Shown in pieces: positions 25,705 through 38,400 of a DNA stretch of 64,000 nucleotides. The stretch's first letter is position 1; each line of letters starts with the position of its first letter. The DNA is from Rhizodiscina lignyota. Taxonomy: Eukaryota. Location of the stretch: NCBI GenBank assembly GCA_010015805.1, contig ML978130.1, positions 186,001 through 250,000 of the forward strand, in the 5' to 3' direction. The notes beneath the pieces are model-generated. The model was not told the origin of the DNA. It ran no database searches and saw only the letters and a list, made by a program, of their open reading frames with translations. Both the position numbers and the translations under genes were made by a program.

Positions 25705-27224
25705 CTATATTGTCACCCGTCTCCACCCAACAGCAGCAAATCTAACGCACAGCATCACAACTCCCGCAGCAGTCATCGAGGTTGCGGCGAACAGCTGGAG
25801 CCCAAGGAATTTCCCTCCTGCTTGCTGCACTAAGGCACCCGCAATTGGAGGTCCTGTCAAGACCGCCACGCCCTGAGATAGGAGATGTCAGCTCACAGCC
25901 CCGGCCCATAACTCCACAGAGAGCCACTTACAACGATAGAAAAGCACATGCCAGTTCGGACGCCCGTCTTCTTTGCATCTGTCGTCAGGGCTGCCAGGGC
26001 AACGGGGAATAATGCTTGCAGTCCTGCGGCAGCCATTCCATAAAAGATGGCGAAGATCCACAGGCCCGTCACTGAGTCCACCGCAATCCAAGAATACAGA
26101 ATCGCTCCCGTCACAAAAGCACTCGGGATCATAAAGTTCAATGGCCCAGTCCATTTTTGCGCGATATACGCTGGCACGAGGCGACTTGGAGTGCCGACCC
26201 CGTTTAAGGCTATCAAGATATTGATGCCTGTAGCTGTGTTGGTGTGCAGAATATTGTTGGCGAAAGTCCCAACGAAGAAGAATCCAACATAGACGCTCCA
26301 GAAGTAGAGAAAGGATGCGATAGTATACAAAGTGTACGGGAGCTCCTTGAATGCCGCCCATTCCACCATAGGGCCAGACTTGCGGGGTGGTAAACGTGGC
26401 TGCTATTGTCAGAGAGCTGGCTTCATTCGTAAAAGAGACGCGCTTACTTTCAAAACAATGCAGGAGATAATGGCAAGAGCCATCTGAAGAAATGCCATGG
26501 TCCGAATAGTCCACGCGAAGCCCACAGTTGGTAGCATCTTCTCCGCGATGGCGGGAAACACGAGGCCTCCGGTTGACGAGCCAGTCACCGTAACAGCCAT
26601 TGCTGTGCTTCTCTTCTCCAAAAAGTATGTGCTCACGAGGGCCAGCGTCGGAACGAAGACCAGCCCATACCCGATTCCGAGACAAAGCGTTTGGGTAAGG
26701 AATATTTGCCAGTACTTGGTGCACAAGCTGAGCATGAACAGCCCAACGACGTAGATCACGCTGCCTGCAATCAACTGAATCCTGTAGAAGCCACCATCCA
26801 GCCCTCTCCCTGTGAAGGTGCCCATACCAAACAGCACAAATACCTGAACAGTACCGATCCATGCGACCGCACTTGGTCCTCCAATCTTCATCACTTCGAC
26901 ATAGTGCGTTTGGAAGACCCCAAAGCTGTTGATGAAGCCCCAGCTATTGAAGTTCACCAGGTGCGCTATGCATGCAATCGACCATGCATTGAAACCTCCA
27001 TCGGGTGGTGGTCCAGGATCTATGCTGTCTTTTGTGCGAACCCTGGAGATGATTGCAGAAAGGCCGCCTCTTACAGAGTGGGCAATTGAGGATGTCCTTG
27101 TCAAATGCTCCCCTTGAGATATTTCGAGATCGTCTTCTTTCCCACCATCAACTCTATCATGCTGAGCCACAGGAACTTTCTCGACATCGCGAAGAGCGAT
27201 GTTGGTCGGTGGTGTCGCCGTCAT
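25705..27224 (-). CDS. MFS monocarboxylate-transporter-like (Mch/MCT family) permease; introns 26447-26400 and 25931-25872
   Basis: PPPDGGFNAW, WGFINSFGVFQ, SAVAWIG, GxG, STYF..KR, GPPIAGAL motifs; multiple TM helices. Confidence 0.92.
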
Positions 27225-28667
27225 TCTGGATGGCAGCCGAAACGGTCGGTATTTGTGCACGATGACTATCCCACCTCACCCGAAATTCAACAGAATTACA
27301 GAGATATATGAATTGATAAACACCTGAGACAATCTGAAAAGAACATTAAAGAGTGCCCCAAGTGTCTGAGAGTTGGTGTCTATTGGAGAGGGATCTCGCC
27401 AATTTTCCACACCACGGAAATTACAAAATCGAGAAGTCACGGCGATTGAGAAGCTGCAGGTTTACATTAGTCTCGGGAACTTCGGCAATTGGAGAGCTTT
27501 TACTACATTTCATTTTCATCAACCCAGAGTGGCCGATAATTGAGTAATGGATCCAAAATACCCGCAGGGTTTCGGCTCGAAGCCGTTATACCCGTGTGGA
27601 CCTCTATCTTTGCAAGGACTGTCAATTGGACGAAAATCGGACTTGAAATCGGACTTTGAACTCATGGACACGCTATAATGAAAATGCCGAAGAGATTAAT
27701 TCTTTCTGTGTTATCGAATGCGATCAACGAACAATGATGACCGTTCCTGATGGTAGCTCGAGGGTGACAAAATATTCCACCATCAGACAAGCTGCAACGC
27801 GTAAAAGTGACATGACCTTATACCTCAAAGTAATGCAGATTATTTCTGAAAGCTTCTTTATACGTTCTTTGGGGTGTATTAAATAATAGTGAACTGCTGG
27901 GGAAAATACTGTAGTTCATTAGTATAAAAGCAACAAAGGCTCCACACTATTCCTGTTCAATATCTTGAAATTTAGTGACAACCCTCAAGGACAATTACGC
28001 AGGCTCTTATGAGGCATCCTAAGGTATTTTCAGAGACTGAACAGGGGAACTTGGAACTTGGGGCTCGAATCACGAAAGGTGTGTGCAATGAGTAGAGGAA
28101 GGTTTGAAATCTTCGAGCATTGTTTGTTTCGCTCAATTAATTCTCGCTTTCATTTTGGCACAGTTGAGATAACTATTTCGCTGCTCCTGGTGCAGTGATG
28201 AGCCTTTTCCTGGTCCCAAGGCCGAACCGCCCAGCCTTTAAGACAAAAGATCTCTGTATTCACCCCGACTACCTTAACCATCATAAGGCGTTGTCGTCAC
28301 GTCAACGGTCGGTGCAATACTCTCCTTCAGTCGACCATACTTGGTTGAGCATCGTGCTCATCGCACAACTTCCACCGGCCTACTAATCACCGAGTCCCTA
28401 TCCCATACACTCCACGTCGGCCAAGTATGCTGGCATAGGAACATCGTTCAGACCTCCAGTGGCCACGAATTTCCAAGAAGAGTTTAAATAGTGGGAGTAG
28501 CTAGTTGTTACTCTACTGGTCCCTCATTAGGCGGTGGCAAGAATTGACGCGGCTCAGCAACCTTAAAGTGTGTTGACGTTCACAAGCACCTGAGATTGGG
28601 TGGTGTCTACATTACAGCCTGGAAATCTGGAACAAGTTAATTAAGAACATACATTTAAAATGTTAAT

Positions 28668-30318
28668 TCAATCCTGTCTCTTCTTCGCATCACCAGACCC
28701 ATTCGCCGTTCGACCGCCGGAAGCCTGACCTGGAAGCTCATGAACGCGCATGTCCATCCCAACCCAGAACCTCTTCCCTCTCCATGCAACCGTAGTTCCT
28801 CCCCAGACTGCCCACGCCCATATCGGAAACGCAAGGGTCTCTCTTCCCAGCCAAGCAAGAAGCCATTCGCGAAATGGCCGCTTCGGCCGCCCGCCAGCCC
28901 GACCACTCGCATTCCGCGCGAAAATGGGAGTCTCATTGTCCACTTCGATGCTCTGGGCCGCATGCAGCTTTTGATACAGCGTCCAGTCCACTGCTGCCCA
29001 GGTAGTGACGCTTGTGATCCAGAAGAGCCAGAATGCCGTCCATGTTGATGGTATGCCAGCTGTGTGGTGGAAGAAGGGTAGGGTAGTGATCGCGTATGCA
29101 CCGTAGAGGCTGCAGAGGAATGATTCGGTGCCAGGTTCTACGAGCGTGGCCAGAGCGACGGTGAATTTTCGGACACGAAGCCAGCGGGTCCTCCGCGCGA
29201 TATATTCGCCGACAGGAAGATGCTCCATAGGCTGAATGGCAGGATCATAGGGGACCAACGCATGGTTGCCCCATCTCTCGTTGGTTGAGGCGGTACCAGG
29301 TCCACATTCCCGCTGGGATGCTTCCAGAATGCTTTGGGGGACCTCACGTTTCCAGAGCAGATCTCCGATCAGATGGTCCTCGCAGATATTGTGGCAGAAA
29401 TAGTCAATGCCTTGACCTTCGGTCAGAGCGTTGAGATGGGAGCGTCGAAACATGTTCGACTTTCCAACGATACAAGGTGCGATGAGGACGGTGTTGATTG
29501 CCGTATAGAATTTGGCGTGCGAGGACGACATAAAAAGCTCCTCCAGTCTGCCGCCGCCAATGGCAAGGAGCGACAAAATTGACCATCGCCACGTCTGAGA
29601 TGCCTGACCAGCGGCGAAAGAGTCTCGTGGATGACCATTTGAAACCATCTTCGTATCCGAACGATCGGTGATACTCCCAGTATCCACAACAAGCGGCAGT
29701 TGGTGCACGAACTTGTTCTTCCTCCCCCCATCAAAGCCATACAGCATATCCACCATTCTTCCCGCAACACCCTTTCCAACCCATACATTGCAGTCAATGA
29801 TCCACATGATGTCTCCTTTTGCCTCACGGTATGCTCTACTCATGTTCCGTATCTTCGGATTCGGGCCAAACTCTTTGCCATTCCGTTCAAATTCATAAAG
29901 ATATGGATCGTCATCTTCAATGAATAGCTCCGCATCAAAGCCAGGAAAGTCTTGAAGGAGTTGTTCTAGTATTGGAATAGCAGGATCATGACGAGATGAT
30001 ACGCAGAAATACACCGTGAGTTTGGACTTTGGATACGTCTGACGGAACGTTGCAGCGAGGCATTCGTAGAGGAAAGGTTCGAGGCCTTTCACAGGCCGAA
30101 TGATTGTGACATGAGGAGTATCATCGTCGTTCAGTATTTGGAGGCAATGCGCTTCAGGAGGGAGGCGAGAATAGTGCTTCCATCTGTAATATTCGTGAGC
30201 TATTTGTGACCCGATGATGGAAATATCCTCCTTACACTTGAGTGTATCCAATGCCGCAAACCAGGACAATGAAGGGGTACCAGATGCAGCAGAGAGCCGC
30301 AGCGATCTCTGCAATCAT
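28668..30318 (-). CDS. GCS1: Ceramide glucosyltransferase (glucosylceramide synthase, GT21); intron ~30235-30184
   Basis: N-terminal TM exon MIAEIAAALCCIW...; IRPVKG, GPNPKIRN, DCNVWV, CIVGKS, EDH and RRTRW ((Q/R)xxRW) motifs. Confidence 0.92.
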
Positions 30319-30763
30319 CTGGTATCATCTTTCGGGGCTATAGGTGACCTTGATCGCGTGGATGTCTCGCAGAAGATTTTCAACATCGGCACCGCCGGGA
30401 AGTGGAACGGGGACAGGATGAGGCTTAACCCTAACCCTGACATGCGGGCGCCGCAGTTCACCTCCGAACTCACCTCCACAGCTTAAAACCTACCTCCATC
30501 AAAAGAAAATGCATGACGATCGTAAGCAGTTCCTGCCTTTCAAATCAATTGCATCGCTCTGATACGTAATTGCAGGATCACACCCTCTGCTCGCACAGCT
30601 GCCTCTCACGGTCTCACCGTTCCTCTCGCTCCCAACCCAGACCACCCTCCCATATACCTACAAGTCTCTACCTTCAACGCTTCCACAATCTTGCATAGAT
30701 CCTCTACCTCCTCCAGGTGCTGTCAGTGGAACACCAGATCCGAACACAACATCATCATCCGAA

Positions 30764-31177
30764 ATGCCACCGCAAAAGGCACAATACGTTATCTCAGAAT
30801 CCACGGGCCATGCCGCACATCCTGACGACATCATCGCTTCGTGTCAAGCCTTACAAGCACATTTAGAAAAACTGCAGCGAGAATCCAGGGAAATGGTAGA
30901 GCGATGGACTAATGGGATGAAGGAGAGGGATTTGGCGGAGAAGAGAAGAGTGGCGCCTGGGTGGTTGGACGTTGGAGAGGAGAACAGATTACTCGTACCA
31001 GAGAGGAAAGGTACAGCAGCTGGTGCAGAGGCACAAGATAGAGGTATAAGAGGCTATGACAGTGGTGGAGGCGTTGGTGACGTCGTAAGTGGTGTCCAGA
31101 GACTGGAGTTGGATGGTGGAGGAACGAGTTCTGCGAGAGAAGGAGAGGAATTGGATAGAGCATTTGGCGGGCTATGA
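30764..31177 (+). CDS. Small conserved fungal hypothetical protein with a coiled-coil segment
   Basis: 137-aa ORF with KRRVAPGWLD and a terminal GEELDRAFG motif; good Kozak-like context. Confidence 0.75.
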   Translation: MPPQKAQYVISESTGHAAHPDDIIASCQALQAHLEKLQRESREMVERWTNGMKERDLAEKRRVAPGWLDVGEENRLLVPERKGTAAGAEAQDRGIRGYDSGGGVGDVVSGVQRLELDGGGTSSAREGEELDRAFGGL

Positions 31178-31426
31178 TCAGCTTACATAGACCTCGAAAT
31201 CCAAATTAAAATATTCTGGTGGAACTGTTATTCCTCCTTGCATCAGGTTCAATGCTGATCCACCTGGTCACGTGCACTCCCGCACTACAAGTATATTCTA
31301 CTCGACATGCGCGACCTTGCAACAACAACAACAAAAAACTTCCACAGAGAAGGCTAATCACACCGCGCAGTAACTAGGTACCTATAGCATAACCCCCGAT
31401 ATTCGTATGTCTTACTGATTAGGAAA

Positions 31427-32431
31427 ATGGACATCGAATCGATCACTTCCGCACCGTCGCTCGACGACTTTACTCCGTTGGATGACCACCAATCGCAAAC
31501 ACCAAGCACCTTTTTTGGCGGAAAGCCGGTTCTGCATCTCTGCTGCCCAAATTCACGCGTCATTCTCCAGGATGCGAACAGCGTCGAGTCACTTGGCTCT
31601 CTACTTGGCGCCGCAGAGTCTTCTGCTCAAGCTACTGGAACTGCGGATGGCGCAAACGTGAATGGCGCAAATGCGAACGGCGAACATGCGCATTTGCCAC
31701 AGGCGCTGCTAGGCATCGACGTCTATGTTTGCTCTGATGCTATTATCCTGTACTCTACGGCGACGTCAAAGGGTCTCAAGTTAGTCTATCCGAGCATCGC
31801 ATTGTGCGCGATCTCCACTGTGACTATCCCGGACTCCTCTACGGCATCAACATCGACGCCTGAAACAGCCAAGGGCCTGTACATGCAACTCAACCTCTAC
31901 GATATGGATACCACAAACTCGGAGGAGGACATCCGCACCGGCGAAGTCGCGATTCTGCCGCAGTCTTCTTCTACTACCGCCACCGCAGCGACTGAGACGC
32001 CAACGGCGGTAGAGCAATCAGCTCATATCTCGATCGCGAGCATGACTAAGGAAGAAGCAACAAACGCACTCTTCGAGGCCGTCTGTGCGTGTCAAGAACT
32101 CCATCCCGATGCGATGGATGAAGACGACGAGGATGGCGTCGGCTCTGTCCCCGTCATTGGAACTTCAGGCGCTCCAGGAGATGGAGGCTGGATCACGAGC
32201 GAGAACATGGCGCAGTTCATGGACGAGAACGGCAATTTCGTGGGCTTTGGCGGCGCCGCCGGTGGAGATGATGCGGTTATCGAACTGGGTCCTGGCGCCG
32301 GAACCGTGAGGCCGAGAGAGGAAGAGAGCAACGCGGGTGAGGGAGAAGAGGATGATGAGAGGTTCAAGGGCCACGAGGATGGCCGTGAGGGAGAAGAGAG
32401 AGGCGAGACGAAGTGGCAGCGCACTGGATGA
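31427..32431 (+). CDS. LOT5: Lot5/pICln-like (Voldacs domain) protein
   Basis: FTPLDDHQSQTPSTFFGGKPVLH, YPSIALCAI, LYMQL, ALFEAVCACQELHPD, GWITSEN, acidic tail. Confidence 0.8.
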   Translation: MDIESITSAPSLDDFTPLDDHQSQTPSTFFGGKPVLHLCCPNSRVILQDANSVESLGSLLGAAESSAQATGTADGANVNGANANGEHAHLPQALLGIDVYVCSDAIILYSTATSKGLKLVYPSIALCAISTVTIPDSSTASTSTPETAKGLYMQLNLYDMDTTNSEEDIRTGEVAILPQSSSTTATAATETPTAVEQSAHISIASMTKEEATNALFEAVCACQELHPDAMDEDDEDGVGSVPVIGTSGAPGDGGWITSENMAQFMDENGNFVGFGGAAGGDDAVIELGPGAGTVRPREEESNAGEGEEDDERFKGHEDGREGEERGETKWQRTG

Positions 32432-32849
32432 AATGGTGGATTGCCGAAGTAGGCTGAATAGCCTTGCTGATCCCGACTTTAAGTCTACTAAATCCTTCCC
32501 AATCGGCAGCAAAAGTTCCGCGCTGTGTTCTCAACGCCTGGACGCGCTGCTGGAGGCGTGTTTAAGTAGGTGCGGAGTGTACCCAAAATAGATAATCGGG
32601 CTTGCACAGTGAAGCAGTAATTGATCTTCAATAATGAGATCTTCAATAGTGAAGACGGAGTTCTATAGACATGGCGGAGTAGCAATGAGACCAAAAATTG
32701 TTGACGTGTAAGGACCTTCAAGTTTCCCATCTGCCGCAGATGGCACTCCGCCACCCTCGAACGTGACAAAAATGCTCCCAGTAGCTTTCCACTCAGATAT
32801 GATATGCAGCCTCTACTGTTAACAAAACGTACATCTATTTCAACAGGCA

Positions 32850-33478
32850 TATCTATGTTATATGTACTCCAAGGAATACATAAATATACTTTCGGAAATA
32901 GTCTCGCGTTCCGCGAAGAGAGGGAGCTGCTCACCCTTATGCGTTACAACTTGTGAGGCTGTAAGTTATTTCGTCACCCCTGAGCCTTATTTATGGCAAA
33001 CGTTTTTAACGGTGCACTTTAGTCATGTACACACTGAGGAATATAAAGCTGAACTTTCAGAAAGAAGCTCGCCCACTTTGAAGAGCAAGAGCTGTCTGCC
33101 AATAGAAATTACACCTTACCCGACGGTCAGCTATTTTATCACCCTCGAGCCTTGTTTATAGCCGGAGTTTTTAACGTCGAGCTATAGCAACATACACTCC
33201 ACAGAGCGTAGAACCAAACTTACAGGAATAGTCCCGCTTTCTCTGAAGAGCAAGACCTGTCTGCTTTTAGGCATTACAACTTGCTTGGTGGCCAACTACT
33301 GTGCGACCCTCGAGCCTTATCTATTGGCAAAGTCTTTAACGGCGTGCTACAGTCATGTACACTCCGAGGAGCATAAAACTAAGCTCTCAACAATGGTCCT
33401 GCGTACTTGGAACAATAAAAGCTGCTTATCTTAAGGCGTTACAGTTTGCTAGACGGCCAGCTGTTTTGTCACCTTCGA
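32850..33478. repeat. Degenerate tandem array, ~4 units of 165 bp
   Basis: Anchors CACCC(C/T)(T/C)GAGCCTT at ~32975, 33140, 33305 and a partial at ~33470; ATGTACAC/CATACAC anchors at ~33026, 33191, 33356. Confidence 0.85.
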
Positions 33479-33947
33479 ATAATGCAAGCTAGAAGTAGCC
33501 TAGTCCCCACAAAGATCCATGACGTCGACTTCACCGTGCATCTAATTACGCATCCGAGTATCTGAGGGAGCTGCTATAAGGCAAGTCTTGCAAGTGTGCC
33601 CAAGAAGCGAACGTTCTTTGATGACATTAACAATGCGTACTATGTAAAATGAAAATGAATGCATAATAAAAATAGACAGTTTGCAAAGCACTTTTCAATC
33701 CAATATAAGTCCGTGGCTTCCACGCCAATGCTATGTCCCATCAGATTTGTCCAGCGGCATCCATGCTCCATCCCAATGCATATGCAACCGCCCATTCATG
33801 CAAAATTTGCAAATTTGCACCAAAATCGAGTAGCGGAGATGTTTGCCGTCAGGAACCGAAACTGCAATGCTCATGCTCATGCCGTCATCCCTCATGTCCC
33901 TTTTGTACCATTCCTCTTTCATATCATTCACTTGTTTCAACCTACTC

Positions 33948-35473
33948 TTAATAGCCCATCGGCATCCCATTCTCACTCATCCCTTTCAACGCGTCCATCG
34001 CTCGCTGCAATTCCCACTCCGCGACCATCACAGCGCCTGCCTTCGCTGTGCTGAGGTAGCTCATCTCCACGCTATTCTCCGGCTCGCCCAGCATCTGCTG
34101 CTTCGTGCCACCGACCAAGCGGCCCGCAACGCCACACACGATACCTGTGCTTTCCAGCGGCATAGTCGAGAGATCCAAGATAATCGGAACCAGGATGTCG
34201 TCTTTTGAGCCCAAGAGAACGGAATCTGAAGGATTCGAGGGTGTCGGACAAGCAAAATGATGGAGGAGACTGCGCTCAAGTAAAAGAGATGCGGGCTCGG
34301 TATCCGTAAGGGTTAGGGAGAGGAACCTTGGCGGCGTGATGAGGCATTTTACGAGGCCCAAGTACATCTTGTCGTCTGCGGGTGAAGAGATTGGTACGCT
34401 GCTGTGAGCACCAGGAAAGATGTGGCCCCCAGAGAAACCGCCGCTTGACGAGCCGTTGCGGTCGCTGTTGTTCTTCCTGCCCGCGCACTGGATAAGTTGG
34501 ATTGAGGGATCAACAGTAGGGAAGACGTTGTGCTTCTTGAGCGTGGTGAAAGTGCGTTGCTGGAGTTCGGATACTGTCGTTGGTGGTGGGGTAGATGGTG
34601 GATGTGCTGGAGTAGAGAGACCAGAGCCGTGATGACTATCGAATGAAGGTGTGGAAGTGTTGCGGTTGTGTTGAGGGTTGATGTACGCTTCTGACTGCTT
34701 CTCAAATGCAAACCCACGCTCTTCAAGTGCTTGGATGACTAGGCCCCGGGATCGGAGAGGCACAAGGATGTAGTCGGAGAAGTAAGTCGTGATAAAGAAT
34801 ATTGATCTATGGGTTGTTAGCAAAGATATGCCAAATATTGAGCGTCTGCGGAGATTTTTACATTCTTGCCATTGCGAGCGGGCTAGTGAGTTCGAGTACG
34901 CGTTGTCCAGCATCCAGGCCTTCTCCATCAACTTGCATAACAACAAAATCCTCCTCTGTGATGGAGACTTGACTTCTTGAAGCTGCGTCCAAGGCATCTC
35001 GGGCTGGCACAAAAAGGCGCTGTGCCAGTGATCTTGAACATGCCACGGAACATTCAATCGGCGTGACTGAAATATTAACAAAAGGATGTTCATATTCCCA
35101 TGGTCTTCTTGACCTCACGTCAGTTGCGTGCTCGATGGGAGAGTCATCGCCGTCGGCAGCTGGTTCGGTCGGCAGTAGAACTTTGAGTATTGGCTGTAGA
35201 AAATTATGATACAAGTGCAGCGGTATATGTATCAGCGCTAGCTGTGTGTCCTGTTCGGTAATCATGGTGTCAGTGGAAGGAGCTCAGGATCGTCTACAAG
35301 GAAGCGTTGAGTTGTGCTACAAAATAGCAGCCCACATAGACCACATAGCCTCCCGGCGGATGAGGAAGGAGCGATCGTATGCACGTAATTCATCATAGAT
35401 TTGGGAAACGGGCAGGAGGCGGTCGTACCAAAAATTGAATGTGCGCTGATAACAAACTCATTGAGGCATCCAT
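33948..35473 (-). CDS. CASTOR/GATS-like ACT-domain protein; introns 35428-35251 and 34861-34807
   Basis: Spliced MDASMSLLSAHIQFL|DTQLALIHIP; NISVTPIECS; ELTSPLAMARI|SIFFITTYFSDYILVP; FLSLTLT; STGIVCGVAGRL; MSYLSTA. Confidence 0.82.
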
Positions 35474-38400
35474 CTGCACAGATCACTCTCTGCACTTTTT
35501 CTGCCCTACTCCACGAGGCTCAGACATACACTGACGTCGGGCCTGGCCGTTCAGGACGCGATTTGGGCTCCGTGCTCTATGGAAAATCCGGGGTTGATGC
35601 GGCCAGCCAACCGGCTTTGGTGGAAGGTATGCTCTAAGCTGCAGACAGGCCTGCTGACGCCGGACGGACAATGCGGAGAGCAGCAAAAAGCAAGGCGCAA
35701 CTCAAATCGAGAGGCGAGCTGCCTGGCGGTGGGAGAGAAGCGGGCGCCGAAGCGTTAACGGTTAACAGCTTCTTGTCCGACAGGCCAGTGCGAAAGATTG
35801 TGTTTAAAGTTCATGCTCGGATGCTTTTTTCGTGGAGTGGACGGCTGGGCGAAGGACGAACAAAGCGCGATCGGAGAGGATTACTTTTCCTGGCGATAGA
35901 CTCCTCGAAAGCGGACAAAGGAGATGACGACACGAGCGACCGATAGACTTTTCGAATATGTGTAACGGGATTGCGTGATATACAAGAGCGAGAAGAAGGA
36001 GGCGGGGAAAGAGGAACAGATGAATACGACAGTACGCTTGAAGCAATATTTCAGGTAGCACAATTGGAACTGAGCTCTGACAAGGGCACACTCTCCCTGG
36101 ACATTTCGGTTATGCTGTTGGCATGCGGAAAGTCTGGGGAAGGCGTGCAGCGTGGGGCACGACAGAAGGCAGAGGGTATTGGTCGATAACCGGTCCCTGC
36201 GCGAGATGTGTTGCTCTCCCGAAAGGAGGATGCGAGTGCGTTGAGTAGCGTGGGGTAGGGATGTGTGCGCAGAGCAGCGCCGACGTGCGCGAATATGTAG
36301 GCCGAGCGAGTGCTTCAGAAGTCAGAGATGGAGGAAGAAGGGTGGCATCACGTCGCCTCGAGCGCGGACGCACTTGGAGGTCATATGCGGCGTCATTCTG
36401 CGCTACAGTTTCGCCGGATAAGCCAGCCGTCCACAGACGGCCTGTGAGTCTAACGAGCGGACGTGAGGAGCTTGCTCGACGCTTGCTCACCTCAAGGACT
36501 CACAGCCCGAAGCGGCAAGTAGGCATGGCAGCAGGGCGTGGTGGAGTGGAATGGCTTTGAACAGGTACGCGCGCTGAGCGCTCAACAAACGTGGCGCCGC
36601 GCGACGATGCTGATGGATGATGATTGATGTGAGCGCGAAAAGGCACAGGCCGCTCCGTCCAGCGACGCTGCCTGCCATACGCCCCTCATTAGCGATGCCA
36701 ATCGGCTTGCCGAGAGCATGAAATGATGCCCTTTCTCGCACCCAAGTCGTCGTAATTCATGCGCAGCAGAGCAATTGCCGCAGTGCACGCGTGCTGGACT
36801 CTGCCTCCTGACTGCTGCTGACTCGCCTGCAAATGTATGAATTTCTCAACGCGGCCTCGAGGAATGCAATAATCGCATCATTGCCGTCGTCAAGCGCTGC
36901 TAAGCGTCCATGGCCCCTTGCTAGCTGCCGTTCCGACTTGGGGCCTGTCACGCCTCGTGATATCAGTTCCCAAGGCTCGGGCGGACAGGATACACACATC
37001 CATCGGAGCAAACTCCTCCATATTGTCGAGCAGGCGTCGCTACGATATTGGCTGCGAACACGTTGCTCAAGGGCCAGGTTGAGCTGCAGGAGGGAGCTCC
37101 CGTTGCCTGCATATCAACTCTCGTGCAGCGGGAGGCGGACATTTTCCAACCGTGCTGCTGGCGTTCTCTCCAGCATCGGAGTGGGCAGAGGAGAAGATCG
37201 CAGCCTCTTCGAGTGATGCCGATATCTAGGAACACGCATCTCGATCGACTTTCAACGGTTCCTCGCCGGCAACGCTGAAGGTTATGCTGTGGAACGTACT
37301 ATTCCATCACCATGCAGTGCGTTGCGCCGCAGATACCGCAGTGGACAAGCAAGATAGCAGCGCGAGCTCGCCTCGCCATCCTCTCCCTCGTGTCTTCGCT
37401 TGACATGATCGATGGACGCCGCGACTCCTTCGCGAACACAAGGAGAAGCGTCACAGCTGCCACGGAAACGCCGCTGACGGGTGCAATGCTGTTTCATTCG
37501 TCTTTCGGCTTCACGAGCGATGGCCCCGCAAGTGCCTGCTTGTGCTTGTGCCGGTGCTGCAGTTCGTGCAGTTCGTGCAGTACACGCATGAATATCGAGC
37601 GTCTATGGCGCTTGCTGCCAAAAACACGGGATGACGGCGTGGGGGTCACGCCCGGTATATCGATATCTATCGACGTCACTGCGGCCAGAAACAGCATTGA
37701 GCCTTTCAGAAAGCAGGAATGGGCTGAGCGGGCACTCCTCTATTTGCGGACATTCTGCTGGCAGGTGCAGGTCGAGATGCGGAGCTTGCGTTTACATGCA
37801 TGTGCGAACTGCGGTCATGTCTGAGAGCGGAATGGCGTCGACGAGTCGGGCGTCGGCGGCTGAAGTCAACGCCAGAATCTCGTGGACCCCATCAATCTCA
37901 TGCTCCTTCCGGTACGTATCTCCATCGCAAGGTTGGAAATTTCAATTCCATCGTCAGATCCCTTTTCATTGCGGATGTTGCCCACGAGTGCGTGGCGTGA
38001 CTACGGGATGTCATCGGCCGCCTCCAGAGTCTCACTCGATGAAGGATCGAAGTATCAAATTGATGTAGAAGCAATCACAATCCCCAGGTAGATTCTCTGT
38101 TTTCAATCTATCTCACTTCGAAAGCCCCAATTCGACATTTGCGGCCGAGTCTTATTCTCAACCAACACACTCATACTTCTGTCATTGCGATTTCATCCAT
38201 CTCACTCTCGAAAAGTCGATTATTGCTGCCCCGGCTTGTTTGAGCTGACAGTGTGACGAGCTTCGGGACTTATCATCCTGCCAAATTTAGGATACATTTG
38301 TTATGAAGTATTGATCTGATCAGAACCTAGGGTGATGAGATTGCGCTTCCAATTAATGTAGCGCGGAAGTCACTGCTTATACGACACTATAAAGCTCCAC

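Noticed and set aside
25888..26862. 324-aa alternative-frame ORF (also 12935-13654, 51392-52060, 57793-58449)
   Set aside because: Overlap well-supported genes in another frame or strand and have no motif support
30425..30440. Telomere
   Set aside because: Only ~2.5 TAACCC units, internal to a gene-dense region
32850..33478. CRISPR array
   Set aside because: Eukaryotic context; the whole 165-bp unit is homologous, with no repeat-spacer alternation and no cas genes
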